From a virus (lineage: Duplodnaviria; Caudoviricetes), in IMG/VR virus record IMGVR_UViG_3300043786_001086: DNA of 64,000 nt. One strand, 5' to 3'. Position 1 is the stretch's first letter; each line of letters opens with the position of its first letter. Positions 37,064-47,314 of this stretch are shown here, one piece after another. A model generated the notes under the pieces. The model worked only from the letters and a program-made list of their open reading frames with translations, was not told the origin of the DNA and did no database searches. The translations under genes were made by a program, and so were the position numbers.

Positions 37064-38609
37064 TCCAAAGAAAATAATATTTCAGGGAATCGTTTTAAAC
37101 AATCAAGATCCGTTAATGCTTGGTAGAATTAGAGCATTACCGATTGATGTCGTTGAGTCCCAAGTTTTACCTGAAGATTGGAACCCAACTGTTGATCCTT
37201 GGACAAAAAAAGACCCTTTAATTTATTTACCGTTATTACCTTATTATGTTAGTCAAGTTCCACAAGTGGACGAATACGTTCATATATTTCTATATAACTT
37301 AGACCAACAATTAGACAATAGTAAATTTTATGTTCAAGGACCAATAACAAGACCCCAAAACAATTTATTTGAGTATTGGAGGAATAGCGAATCGTTACTT
37401 GCAAGTGGAGAGTTTTTGAAACAAGCAAATAACATTAAAGACCCATTAACTTTTGAAAACAAGGACAATACTAAAGGTATTTACCCTGAACCTGGTGACA
37501 ATTCTTTATTAGGTAGGGGAACTGCCGATGTTGTTGTTAAAAAAAGTGATGTATTAATAAGGGCAGGAAAAAATATACCGGTCCAAACGGCAGGATTTAA
37601 TTTACCAAGCCCAAGACAAAATAGATCTTTTTTACAAATATCTTTGTTTGATTTAGAAAAAGAATTTGCAGATCCCGTTAAAAAAAGATTTTTAGAAAAC
37701 AAAACACAATTAGTCAAAAAATTAGTGGAGTGGGAAGTAACCAACGAATTTACGATCACAGGTTTTACAAGCGGTGGTGGTGTTACTGGAACAACTGTGT
37801 ATAATGGAAACATTAAATTATATTCTTTATTACCTAAAGACGGAACTAAATCTAGTGAAATCAAAATGACAACACCTTTAGATACTTTCAAAAGTGGTGT
37901 TGAGTATTCATTAGATTTTACAGGAAAAACTTTGGATGAGGGGGTTAAAATTATAAATCAATTTATTGGGGGGATAAACCAAGGAAAAATAAATGTAGAT
38001 GGATATCAACAATTTCCTTTTGAAAACTCAACAACATTAAAAAATCAATTTCCTTTTTATTTTAGACCCTCTAAAAATAATATAGATAAATTGTCGTCTT
38101 CCGCATCAACAGAATTCAATACGGTGAATAGTTTTTTTAGAAGAATAAAATTATTACCTTCCGATAAACAATTTGGTAGCGTCCTTGTTTGGCAAAAAAA
38201 CGTAGTTGGAGAACAATTGACACCAACCACAGAAACTTTAGAACAACCAAGATATAAACCAAATCCTGTTTCTTATGGAACCGTTGGCGCAGACTTTGTT
38301 TATTTATTATCACACAAAACAGATATTCCATCCAAATCAAAAATTAACCTTCAACCAAAAGAAACTCTATACGGAATAGACCAAGAATATTTCACAAATC
38401 AAATATTACCAAATACAGATCCGATGGTAAGAGGTGATGAACTTATGAAGTTATTGAAATTGATTGTAGATTTCTTAGGGTCTCACGTTCATAACATAAA
38501 TAAAGCTCCAATACCAATTGGAACCGACGGAACAAAGTTAGAAGAAATAAGGAAAATTCTTCAAGACGCAGACAATTCAATTTTAAATCAAAATATTAGA
38601 ATCAATTGA
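37056..38609 (+). CDS. Baseplate hub/central spike protein (gp5/gpV-like)
   Basis: N-terminal OB-fold GIVLNNQDPLMLGRIRA...PLLP...P..DEYV; C-terminal VRGDEL...SHVHN (HxH metal-binding tip). Confidence 0.7.
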   Translation: MANPKKIIFQGIVLNNQDPLMLGRIRALPIDVVESQVLPEDWNPTVDPWTKKDPLIYLPLLPYYVSQVPQVDEYVHIFLYNLDQQLDNSKFYVQGPITRPQNNLFEYWRNSESLLASGEFLKQANNIKDPLTFENKDNTKGIYPEPGDNSLLGRGTADVVVKKSDVLIRAGKNIPVQTAGFNLPSPRQNRSFLQISLFDLEKEFADPVKKRFLENKTQLVKKLVEWEVTNEFTITGFTSGGGVTGTTVYNGNIKLYSLLPKDGTKSSEIKMTTPLDTFKSGVEYSLDFTGKTLDEGVKIINQFIGGINQGKINVDGYQQFPFENSTTLKNQFPFYFRPSKNNIDKLSSSASTEFNTVNSFFRRIKLLPSDKQFGSVLVWQKNVVGEQLTPTTETLEQPRYKPNPVSYGTVGADFVYLLSHKTDIPSKSKINLQPKETLYGIDQEYFTNQILPNTDPMVRGDELMKLLKLIVDFLGSHVHNINKAPIPIGTDGTKLEEIRKILQDADNSILNQNIRIN

Positions 38610-38629
38610 TATTTATTATAAAAAGATAA

Positions 38630-40096
38630 ATGTCAATTAATAATTCCTATTTTAGTAGAAATAACACCATAGTTTTAAATAGTTATGTAAATACCGGAAG
38701 AAATCCTGTAATGCAACTATATTACGGTGACGGTGGAGTTCAAAATCCAATTGGTTATTCAAGATTCATTTTTGACCTAGACTTAACTTTATTACGAGAA
38801 AAAATATTAACAGGAGTAATTTCTACAAGTTGTAATAATCAAATTACCCATACTTTAAAAATGACAAATACCTCAGCATTTAACGCAGAGTTATTAAATA
38901 CGTCTATGCCTGACGGTAGTATGAGGGCTACTTCATTTGATTTAATTTTATTTAGAATACCCCCAATTGATTTTGATAATAACCAACCACAAACATGGGA
39001 CGAAGGTGTTGGTTATGATTTTTATGACTACGGAGACCCAATAGGTCCAAACAGAGCATATTCTAACAGACCATCAAATTGGTATCAAAGATCGACAATT
39101 AAAAATTGGGAACAAGAAGGTATATATGATAATAGAAATTTGGGACCAGTTCCTTTTTCTGCTCTTACGATTGTTGATATCCAACATTTTGAATTTGGTA
39201 ATGAAGATATTGAATTTGACATGACATATGAAATCAATATGATTTTAAACAATACACTAACTGGATCCACAGGTTGGGGTATTGCTTATCTCCCTGAGGT
39301 AGAAAATTTAAGTGGAACTACAGGTAGTTATTCGGTTGGTTTTTTCACCCGTCATACTCAAACATTTTACGAACCTTATTTATTAACCAATTATAATGAT
39401 TTAATCGAAGACGATAGAAACAACTTTTCAATGGGAAAAGTTAATAAGTTATACTTATACATTTATGAAGATGGGGATTTCAAAAACTTAGACCAAACAC
39501 CTCGAGTTTCAATTTCCGATTCTTCAGGAACACCGATTATTGGACTTCAAAACTTATCAACTTGTCTTAGAACAAAAGGGGTTTATGAAGTCACATTACC
39601 ACCACTTACAGGATACAAAACACCATGTATGTTTACGGATACTTGGTCAAATATTAAATTAAACGGATTTTCTTTACCTAATCAGACTAATGAGTTTACG
39701 GTCTATCCAATACAAAAATCCATTCAAATTGGAGCATCAACAAATGACCCATCTCAATATGGTTTTACCTATTATGGATTGAAACAAAATGAGAAAATCT
39801 TAAATACAGATGTTAGAAAAGTTGGGGTTATTATTAAACAAGCATACACAACAAACAAACAACTACCAAATGTTGATGGTCAATACAGAGTTTATGTTAG
39901 AGAGGGTCAAACTGAAGTTATTGTTCAAGATTGGACTCCTTTGAATAGAACACCAAATGAATATTATTTCATTTTTGATACAAGAGATAAAATACCAAAT
40001 ATGTATTTTGTCGATATTAAAGTTACGACTTCAGGTCAAATTAATGTTTATAAAGAACAAATTAATTTTCAAATCGTAAACGAGAAAACAGAATAA
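38630..40096 (+). CDS. Putative structural protein
   Basis: 488-aa beta-rich ORF with upstream TATTTAT motif (38610-38616). Confidence 0.6.
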   Translation: MSINNSYFSRNNTIVLNSYVNTGRNPVMQLYYGDGGVQNPIGYSRFIFDLDLTLLREKILTGVISTSCNNQITHTLKMTNTSAFNAELLNTSMPDGSMRATSFDLILFRIPPIDFDNNQPQTWDEGVGYDFYDYGDPIGPNRAYSNRPSNWYQRSTIKNWEQEGIYDNRNLGPVPFSALTIVDIQHFEFGNEDIEFDMTYEINMILNNTLTGSTGWGIAYLPEVENLSGTTGSYSVGFFTRHTQTFYEPYLLTNYNDLIEDDRNNFSMGKVNKLYLYIYEDGDFKNLDQTPRVSISDSSGTPIIGLQNLSTCLRTKGVYEVTLPPLTGYKTPCMFTDTWSNIKLNGFSLPNQTNEFTVYPIQKSIQIGASTNDPSQYGFTYYGLKQNEKILNTDVRKVGVIIKQAYTTNKQLPNVDGQYRVYVREGQTEVIVQDWTPLNRTPNEYYFIFDTRDKIPNMYFVDIKVTTSGQINVYKEQINFQIVNEKTE

Positions 40097-40124
40097 TTAG
40101 ATATTTATTAAGAAAAACAATATT

Positions 40125-40517
40125 ATGGCAATTCAAAGTTTTGAATTATGTGATCAATCGGGAGTTTTTGTCAATGTAAATGACAATGGAACTCCTTTAG
40201 TTACAGGAGACACCTATTCCGTTATAAATGGACTTACTGGAGAAATATTATGTGCAACTTTTGTTAGTGGATCAACCATACCAGGACCCGTATATGAATT
40301 AGCAACATTATTTGATTCTTGTTTTGCTTGTAGTTCAAGTATTCCTTTTTCTGCAGGAACAGAATATAATGGTTGTGTTATTTGTTGTCCATGTGGTCCA
40401 GGAACAACTGTAAATGAAGTAACATTACCACATCCAGAGTGGACTGGGTTGTATGGAAATCCAATTACACAATTAGGATCAGTTCAACTTGGAGGAAGAA
40501 ACGGTTTAAACTCTTAA
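40125..40517 (+). CDS. Small Cys-rich putative virion protein
   Basis: CFAC and CVICCPC motifs; TATTTAT at 40102-40108. Confidence 0.65.
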   Translation: MAIQSFELCDQSGVFVNVNDNGTPLVTGDTYSVINGLTGEILCATFVSGSTIPGPVYELATLFDSCFACSSSIPFSAGTEYNGCVICCPCGPGTTVNEVTLPHPEWTGLYGNPITQLGSVQLGGRNGLNS

Positions 40518-40524
40518 AAAGATT

Positions 40525-40983
40525 ATGAAAAATTTAAATTATATTATTAGAAAAGTTTTATTAGAAACGCACGACGAACAACACTCTTCGAGATATATGT
40601 TTTTCTCTAATTTAGAACAAATTAGAAGACAATGTGATTTATTACTTGATTTAGACCAAAACATGATAGAAGAAATTTTAGAAGATGGTCATGATTGGGC
40701 TCAAGATCACATTGCTGAAGCAAAAAACAATATGGATCAAGTTTTTGATTTTTTAATGAATAGAACTAATTCTGAACATCATGAAAATGATATGGATGAT
40801 AATATAATGATGGAAGGTAGAAAAAAAACAGGAACAAAATTATGTGCAAGAGGTATTGCATCCGCCAAAGCAAAATACGAGGTCTACCCCTCAGCCTATA
40901 GTAATGGTCACGCTGTCCAAGTCTGTAAAGGAAAAATTAAAGGACTTGACGGGAAAAAAAGATGTTCAGGGGCTTTCTGTTAA
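40525..40983 (+). CDS. Putative internal head protein with basic Cys-containing C-terminal module
   Basis: N-terminal IIRKVLLE; C-terminal LCARG...AKAKYEVYPSAYSNGHAVQVCKG. Confidence 0.6.
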   Translation: MKNLNYIIRKVLLETHDEQHSSRYMFFSNLEQIRRQCDLLLDLDQNMIEEILEDGHDWAQDHIAEAKNNMDQVFDFLMNRTNSEHHENDMDDNIMMEGRKKTGTKLCARGIASAKAKYEVYPSAYSNGHAVQVCKGKIKGLDGKKRCSGAFC

Positions 40984-40997
40984 TTAGTTAAATCCAA

Positions 40998-41029
40998 TTT
41001 GTCTTATTAAATTTTCTTTCCTATATTTG
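40998..41029 (+). promoter_or_regulatory. Bacteroidota sigma70-type promoter
   Basis: TTTG (40998-41001), N20, TATATTTG (41022-41029), 25 nt before ATG 41055. Confidence 0.7.
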
Positions 41030-41054
41030 TAGAACAAACATAAACTACAAATAA

Positions 41055-41489
41055 ATGAAAAAAGCGTTTTTAAGATTTTACAAAAGATTCAAAGTATATT
41101 TAGGAAAACTCAACCGTAGTTCCGCAATGAAAACTCATGAGGAAGTAGAACTACACGAAAAAACCGCCTTTAAAATTTGTGTTAAAGTTATATCTCACAA
41201 AGATTCGGATTTTATGATTGCACCTATGTCTAACAAAAGATATATTCTTAATGAGACACTAAATCTTTTCATTATAATTGACTATGGTAGAGTAGAAATA
41301 ACAAACCACGTATTTCACTATGATGTGAAACTTACAGGTAGAGATTTTGACAGGGTCATTTATTTATACGATAATGAAACCGAAAGAAGAAGAAGTAATG
41401 CTGAAATGGAAGTCAAAGGAAATATAAAAAATTCTTTACAAAAAGTTTTAGAAAAGATTGAACAAAAAATTAATTCTAATCCGAGTTAG
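41055..41489 (+). CDS. Hypothetical protein
   Basis: 144-aa ORF with host-type promoter. Confidence 0.7.
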   Translation: MKKAFLRFYKRFKVYLGKLNRSSAMKTHEEVELHEKTAFKICVKVISHKDSDFMIAPMSNKRYILNETLNLFIIIDYGRVEITNHVFHYDVKLTGRDFDRVIYLYDNETERRRSNAEMEVKGNIKNSLQKVLEKIEQKINSNPS

Positions 41490-42478
41490 ATTTTTAGATT
41501 TCGAATGATTGATAAAACTGTGGTGTCTTCTTTAATATTCTTTTTTGGTTTATAAGAAGTCATCACAGGTTTTTGTCCTTTACCTCGTTGTGGATCTTTT
41601 TTCTCGGCTCTTCTTTTTTGAGCACAAGCAGCCTTTTTTTGTGAGTCAGACATTTTACCAGCAACACCTGCTGCTCTACACTTAGGATATGAACCCTTAC
41701 TTGTATCACTTCGACCACATGGGGGGTGTTTTCCGTCGACTTTACGACAAATGTTTACCCAAGGACCTTTTGGTTGAGAAGATCCCTTAGGCTTCTTCTT
41801 TTTACCGAACCAAACGGCCAAGTCTTCATTAATTGTGTCGGGATAATCGATGTCTCTTTTATATGAGCCCTTTTCGTCTTTTTCCCACACACCAACATTT
41901 CTTTTAACATTTTTTTTAAGTGTATTTAAAAGAGATTTTTTGTTGTAATATTTATTACCATCATAAATGAATGGGGATAGTTCTGAGTTTTTCCATTTGT
42001 ATGACCCAATTTCTAAAGGAGCATTATATATACCCGAGGTAATTGAGGAATCCGCTTCTAACAAAAGATCATCCGTTAGCTCAACCCACTCGTTAAATTT
42101 CACTTTTTCTATGAATGGTGTCATTTTTTCTTTTATGTTTGGGTTGAATTTATCATTCATTTGTGGATTAATAACATTTCCATCTTCGTCACTAAATGTT
42201 GAAAATGGGTGGTGTTTGATATAGTCTTGAATTTTGGCTGCAGTCCTTTCTAATTCAATAATTTGGTTGTGTCTTAAGTCCCACTGTTTATCATAACTAT
42301 CATATTGAACTAATGGGCTTTTATAGTCTGAAACCGCTTTAGTAAATGGTTGTAATGATTCTCCTGAAAATGGTCTCAAACCAGGTTGCACAGGTGGAAT
42401 ATAACTTCCTCTACTTCCTGTCATATCGCCAGTTGCTTCACTTACGACTTTTTTAATTATTTTACTTAGTCTATCCAT
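41486..42478 (-). CDS. Putative internal head protein with basic Cys-containing C-terminal module
   Basis: N-terminal IIKKVVSE; C-terminal LAVWFG...WVNIC...PCGR...YPKC...KRRAEK. Confidence 0.6.
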   Translation of the reverse strand: MDRLSKIIKKVVSEATGDMTGSRGSYIPPVQPGLRPFSGESLQPFTKAVSDYKSPLVQYDSYDKQWDLRHNQIIELERTAAKIQDYIKHHPFSTFSDEDGNVINPQMNDKFNPNIKEKMTPFIEKVKFNEWVELTDDLLLEADSSITSGIYNAPLEIGSYKWKNSELSPFIYDGNKYYNKKSLLNTLKKNVKRNVGVWEKDEKGSYKRDIDYPDTINEDLAVWFGKKKKPKGSSQPKGPWVNICRKVDGKHPPCGRSDTSKGSYPKCRAAGVAGKMSDSQKKAACAQKRRAEKKDPQRGKGQKPVMTSYKPKKNIKEDTTVLSIIRNLKI

Positions 42479-42512
42479 TGAATTATAATTATAAATATCT
42501 TATATTTTAAAT

Positions 42513-42737
42513 ATGGAAAATGAAAATGAAATTTTTGGTAATTTATTTGGTTCTATAAATCTTATTAGCGAAGACCATTTAGAAATACTTTTGTCGACTA
42601 TGGATAATAACACTGCAAATTATTACCTAATAGAGGCGATAAAATCGGCATATAAAAAGGGTGCCTTTTCTATTGGTGAATCAGAAGTTATTTCTAAGGC
42701 GATTAGAATTCTTCTAAAAAATACTGATGACAAATAA
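42513..42737 (+). CDS. Hypothetical protein
   Basis: 74-aa ORF ending at the bidirectional terminator. Confidence 0.6.
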   Translation: MENENEIFGNLFGSINLISEDHLEILLSTMDNNTANYYLIEAIKSAYKKGAFSIGESEVISKAIRILLKNTDDK

Positions 42738-42763
42738 AAAAAGGTCAGATTTCTCTGACCTTT
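42736..42763. terminator. Intrinsic terminator of the major capsid gene (bidirectional)
   Basis: AAAGGTCAGA-TTTC-TCTGACCTTT; GAAA tetraloop on the minus-strand RNA followed by a U-run. Confidence 0.9.
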
Positions 42764-42785
42764 CTTCTTATAAACCTTTAATTGA

Positions 42786-44717
42786 TTATCTCAATTCTCT
42801 TAAATCGAATGATCTAACACCATCCACGGTAATTCTTCCGTAAAAGCGATTATTTACCATCTTCTTCGCGTATCTTGTCATAATACCTTTGATAGGCGTG
42901 AAGTTGAATGGGTTATACATTGTAGGTGTCAATTGTAGAGGAACATACGGTGCGTAAATGTAACCTGTGTCTAACAATGAAGTTCCTTTGTGCCCAATCA
43001 AAACTTGGTTTGGTGGGAAGTAAGGATCACGATAAACTTGGTAACGACCAGATAGAGTTCCAACTCTTTCGATACCCATGTTGTATTGGTCTTGCTCAGG
43101 AGCCGCGTTAGATACGTGGAAGTATTCTAAATCGTCAAAGATAGCAGAAACCTCAGAAGATACAACAATCCAGTTAGCTCCACCTCTCAAAGTAGATTTG
43201 TGGATTTGTGCTGACAATTGGTTGATTGCTGTGATCAAAGTTTGGTTCCAGTCTTTCTGAGTGTAAGATGTTGTTTGAGAAATTCTTCTCCATCCGTTGT
43301 AGTCCCAACGTAATTGCCAAGCCGCTCCTTTTCTCAAGTCACGTAGAATTTCACGGTCGATCTCAGCCGCTATTTGTTCTGACAACAATGCTGTCAATTC
43401 AGCTTCAGCGTCGATGTTGTGGAATGCCGCAACGTCTTGAGCCAATTCAGGTGACCATTGAGCTCTTAGTTTTCTTTCAGTTACAGATACAGTTACTGAC
43501 TGTAAATCAAAAGAAACCTCACCAATTTGATCTTCAAATTCTAAGTCAGCATATCTTCTATACCAAGCCATGAATGAAGTTCCAGAAGTTCCTGAATAGA
43601 TAGTTGTTCCTGTGTAACCGTCAAGTGATGTAGAATCACAATCAGCACATACAGGACAAGAAAGGTCTACTTCAAGATAAATACAACCATCAGCATCACA
43701 AATATCATAATAGTTTGATCCGTTTCCTGTTGGTGGGTTGTAAGCTGGTGAACCAGGGTTATCACCCGCATTTCTAAATTGTGTGTTTTGGTTGTTACCA
43801 TACTTAACAATTCCTTTACCGTAGATTTGTGTTACAACTCTAAATAATAGAGGAACAAATACAGACTGTCCGTTGAAAGTTCCCCTAAGAACGTTACAAG
43901 GTGTAGTATCTGCAGAAATAACTGAAGTTCCGTAGATTCTTAAGTCAGACAAGAAAGCTTCTGTATCCATTTCGTTACCATCAGGTCCGATAAGTTTTCC
44001 AGCTCCTGAGTTAGCAAAACCACAAAGTTTCATGATAACTTTTCTTGTGTTTCCTGAGTAAGAGTTAAGTGAAGTATCTACTAAGTATCCACCTACCCAA
44101 TGCTGAACAACGGTGTTTGCAGTTACTGCAGTCCACTTACCTTTAGAGTAGTCAAATAATCCTGGAGGATCTAAAGACGCTTCATTTCCTTCGTAGAACA
44201 AGTCATAAAGGTTTTTAGCGTAAGGATAACCACCAGCAGTTGCGTCATAACCTACGTTAGGGTTAGTTGGTCCGTTTGGTGCCCCTACAGGTGCAAAGTG
44301 CTCACCACCTGCATTTCCGTTATTGTCAGGTGTAGAGTTAGGATACAAGTTTGCAAATGTTGAACTTGCGTTTTCATATCCTTGGATTTTAGGCACAAAG
44401 TAGAACAATTTACCGATTGGTAAGTTCATAGCTTGCACTGATACGATGTCATTAGCCAATAATTTAGAGAATACACGTCTTACGATTGGGAAAACAACTG
44501 TTTCAAATGCTCCGTTAGAAGTTCCATCTGAAGATGCTTCGTTAATCAAGAAAGATGCTTGGTTCTCATACAATTGAGCTACGTTTTCTTTAAGGTGACC
44601 TCTTAGACCGTCAAGAAAGCCTAATTTGTCCCATTTGTTAATTGTGTCTTCTTTGATAACTTTAAGGTGCTTAAGACCGATGTTACCAACAAGACCTGAT
44701 TCTAATAATGCTCCCAT
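42786..44717 (-). CDS. gp23: Major capsid protein, T4 gp23-like
   Basis: VFPIVRRVF, DIVSVQAM..P.G.LFY, RKLRAQWSPELAQD..A.H.IDAEAEL...EI.REI, GYIYAPYVPL, F.P..GIMTRY. Confidence 0.97.
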   Translation of the reverse strand: MGALLESGLVGNIGLKHLKVIKEDTINKWDKLGFLDGLRGHLKENVAQLYENQASFLINEASSDGTSNGAFETVVFPIVRRVFSKLLANDIVSVQAMNLPIGKLFYFVPKIQGYENASSTFANLYPNSTPDNNGNAGGEHFAPVGAPNGPTNPNVGYDATAGGYPYAKNLYDLFYEGNEASLDPPGLFDYSKGKWTAVTANTVVQHWVGGYLVDTSLNSYSGNTRKVIMKLCGFANSGAGKLIGPDGNEMDTEAFLSDLRIYGTSVISADTTPCNVLRGTFNGQSVFVPLLFRVVTQIYGKGIVKYGNNQNTQFRNAGDNPGSPAYNPPTGNGSNYYDICDADGCIYLEVDLSCPVCADCDSTSLDGYTGTTIYSGTSGTSFMAWYRRYADLEFEDQIGEVSFDLQSVTVSVTERKLRAQWSPELAQDVAAFHNIDAEAELTALLSEQIAAEIDREILRDLRKGAAWQLRWDYNGWRRISQTTSYTQKDWNQTLITAINQLSAQIHKSTLRGGANWIVVSSEVSAIFDDLEYFHVSNAAPEQDQYNMGIERVGTLSGRYQVYRDPYFPPNQVLIGHKGTSLLDTGYIYAPYVPLQLTPTMYNPFNFTPIKGIMTRYAKKMVNNRFYGRITVDGVRSFDLRELR

Positions 44718-44749
44718 TTTTTTTAAGGTTTTATTATTTTAGTTTATGT

Positions 44750-46234
44750 TTATTTTAACTTTGTCATCAAATCCTTCATTCTCAAGAATTGAGGATTCTC
44801 ATAAGTTTTTGATTCGATCAAATTGACAGAAGATCCAGACTCAACAGTTCTGCTAATTTTTCTATCAACTGATTCATTTAGTTTAGTTTCATGTGTAGAA
44901 CCTGAACCTAATTCTGATTTAATGGTTCTATACAAGTTTTTAGATTCTTTCAACGTATCAACGTTGTCAAATCTTCTTAAGATATTTATTTTTTCTTGTT
45001 TTGTGGTTGAGTGTTCAGTAAACAAACGTGTGGCGTAAGCCAAATTTGAATTGAAGATCGCAACTTCGTTAAGTTTTGTTCTGAAAACATCAAGTGCTTT
45101 TTTATATTCGTTGTTTTTTTCTTTCATCAATTCTAATTCTTCATTGATTGCCGTGTTAAAACTAGAATGTGCTCTTGGTTTAGGAAGACCACCTCTTCTG
45201 AAATTAGAACCACTACCTAGTGTTCTTGAAGCTTCTTTTGTTTCCATTTTCTTCACAGTGGTGTTTTTTCCTTTTTTCATGTTTTCACCTTCTTTATATT
45301 CAAATTTCGCCTTTCCTGTTCCCATTGCTTTGATACCTTTACCAAAAGCTTCTTTTTTCTTCTCAGAAAAACCTCCACTCATATTTGGTTTTTTATCGTA
45401 TCCAAACTTAGGTCCTCTACCGATTCCTACACCTTTTGGAGTTACAGATTTTTTGAACTTTTTGGACCTTTTAGATTCCATCATATAATCATCCATTTCC
45501 ATCATTTCATCATCCGTTTCCATCATGTAATCATCCGTTTCCATCATGTAATCATCCGTTTCCATCATGTAATCATCAGATTCCATCATTTCGTCATCCA
45601 TTTCGTCCATTTCAGAACCCATACCACTCATTTCAATTTCATAAATTGTTTCGTCAGAATCCATCATTTCGTTAGTTTCATCATCCATTTCGATTTCATA
45701 CATATTTTCCATGTCTTCTTCATCTAATTCATTATAGGACTCTCCTAGTTGTATCATGTAATCATCATCTTCATCTGTAAGATGGATGTAATCACCTTCT
45801 TTTTTCACAACGATTCCATCGTCGTCTCCCATAGCTTTAAAAACCCTTAAAACTTCTTCATCGGAAGCATCTGTCATATCGATAGCGTCTTCTTCATCGT
45901 CCATTTCCATATCATCCTCAGGCTCCATTTCCATGTCTTCATCATCCATTTCCATGTCTTCATCATCCATTTCCATGTCATCTTCAGGTTCCATTTCCAT
46001 GTCCTCATCGTCCATTTCTTCAGGACCCATGTCCATTTCATCATCGACTTCGATTTCGTCATCGGTTGCGGGTTGTTCAATCTCATCTTGTTCTTTCAAA
46101 GATTCTTTTACCAATTGTCTGATTTCTTCACTCATTGTAGACTGAAGTATTCCTTTTGCATTTTCTTGTAGAGTCTCTTCCAAATTCTTAATTTGAAATA
46201 GAGCATCTTCTACTACATTTTTGTTGTAACTCAT
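44750..46234 (-). CDS. Prohead core/scaffolding protein (gp22-like) with long acidic Met/Asp/Glu tract
   Basis: Position between protease and capsid; C-terminal LNEV...N..LAYAT.LF...K..I...FD....L.ESK coiled coil; many L-x-E sites. Confidence 0.8.
   Translation of the reverse strand: MSYNKNVVEDALFQIKNLEETLQENAKGILQSTMSEEIRQLVKESLKEQDEIEQPATDDEIEVDDEMDMGPEEMDDEDMEMEPEDDMEMDDEDMEMDDEDMEMEPEDDMEMDDEEDAIDMTDASDEEVLRVFKAMGDDDGIVVKKEGDYIHLTDEDDDYMIQLGESYNELDEEDMENMYEIEMDDETNEMMDSDETIYEIEMSGMGSEMDEMDDEMMESDDYMMETDDYMMETDDYMMETDDEMMEMDDYMMESKRSKKFKKSVTPKGVGIGRGPKFGYDKKPNMSGGFSEKKKEAFGKGIKAMGTGKAKFEYKEGENMKKGKNTTVKKMETKEASRTLGSGSNFRRGGLPKPRAHSSFNTAINEELELMKEKNNEYKKALDVFRTKLNEVAIFNSNLAYATRLFTEHSTTKQEKINILRRFDNVDTLKESKNLYRTIKSELGSGSTHETKLNESVDRKISRTVESGSSVNLIESKTYENPQFLRMKDLMTKLK
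45495..45585 (-). repeat. 21-nt coding tandem repeat (DDYMMET)n
   Basis: catcatgtaatcatccgtttc repeated about three times with degenerate flanks. Confidence 0.85.
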
Positions 46235-46306
46235 TTTTTTTTAAATAGTTTTTCTAATAAATATTCACATTTTTCAAAAAGTTCTGTATTTTACACGATT
46301 GGGCAT

Positions 46307-46344
46307 AAAAAAAGGGAAAAAGATTTTTTTCCTTTTCCCTTTTT
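46307..46344 (-). terminator. Probable intrinsic terminator
   Basis: AAAAAGGGAAAA...TTTTCCCTTTTT inverted repeat downstream of 46364..46576. Confidence 0.6.
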
Positions 46345-46363
46345 AATTAAAATTTTCTTGAGT

Positions 46364-46576
46364 TTACCCTTCGATTACCTCATCAATTTTTGATTCAACA
46401 ATAGCGGTAATTCGCCAATCCATAGTATAATTTTCATATACCTTTGTAACTTTAGCCTCAACATCAGTCGGTGAATATCCTCTGACCAATTTTTCTTCTT
46501 TCATTTTCTTTACCTTTCCGGTGTTCTCATCAACAATATCAGTTGTGATTCTCGCAATAAAATACTTTTCGTCCAT
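46364..46576 (-). CDS. Small conserved head-module protein
   Basis: 70-aa ORF immediately after the prohead protease. Confidence 0.7.
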   Translation of the reverse strand: MDEKYFIARITTDIVDENTGKVKKMKEEKLVRGYSPTDVEAKVTKVYENYTMDWRITAIVESKIDEVIEG

Positions 46577-46588
46577 AATTATTTTTTT

Positions 46589-47311
46589 TTATTTATTCAA
46601 ATAATCGGATAATCTATTCATTAAGTCAAGTGATTTTGATCCAGCTTCACCAACATGTCTTTCTGCGTGCATTTTTTTCTCTTCATCTAAGTTTTCTTCA
46701 AACCGAGATCTTTCATCTTTATCTCTAAAAAGATATGCCCCTGGTGTTGATGGTGATGAAACTAAATCGAAACAAATTAATTCAAAATCATCCTGAACTT
46801 CATTTTGTTCACCAACTTTTTTAAGGGAACCTACTCCACGAGAAGAAATCCCCAATGTAACACCCTGACGAAGATAGTTTGCTGCTAAGTCACCTTTTGT
46901 TGATACAATCCCTCTTTCGTGAAAACCAGGACTTGTAAGAAGTTTTAATTTACCTAACAATACAGGACCTTCCCACCATATATCAGTAATTGCATGTGAT
47001 ACACGATCAAGATCTATAAGTGAAGATTCAGGGTGATTTAACTCAGAAAGAGCCGTTCCCTTTTGAATCATTTTTTTATAATTCTCGGCTTCTCTTTTTA
47101 ATATCTTTTCAGGATATATTCTTCCGTTTCTATTTGGTGTATTATATTTTTGAAGAACCGCATAGAACTCAAATGGTTTGGAGTGATCCAACATATCTCG
47201 ATTTTCTCTAATCATAGACAAGTTTCTTCTTTCGTTTGGATCAATATATCCAGCGTCATATTCGACAAGGATCATTTTTTTATCTAATTCATTTGTTATA
47301 TTGACTTTCAT
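46589..47311 (-). CDS. gp21: Prohead core protein protease, T4 gp21-like
   Basis: NRNGRIYP, ALSELNHP, DLDRVSH, GISSRGVGS, CFDLVSSPSTPGA. Confidence 0.95.
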   Translation of the reverse strand: MKVNITNELDKKMILVEYDAGYIDPNERRNLSMIRENRDMLDHSKPFEFYAVLQKYNTPNRNGRIYPEKILKREAENYKKMIQKGTALSELNHPESSLIDLDRVSHAITDIWWEGPVLLGKLKLLTSPGFHERGIVSTKGDLAANYLRQGVTLGISSRGVGSLKKVGEQNEVQDDFELICFDLVSSPSTPGAYLFRDKDERSRFEENLDEEKKMHAERHVGEAGSKSLDLMNRLSDYLNK

Positions 47312-47314
47312 TAT

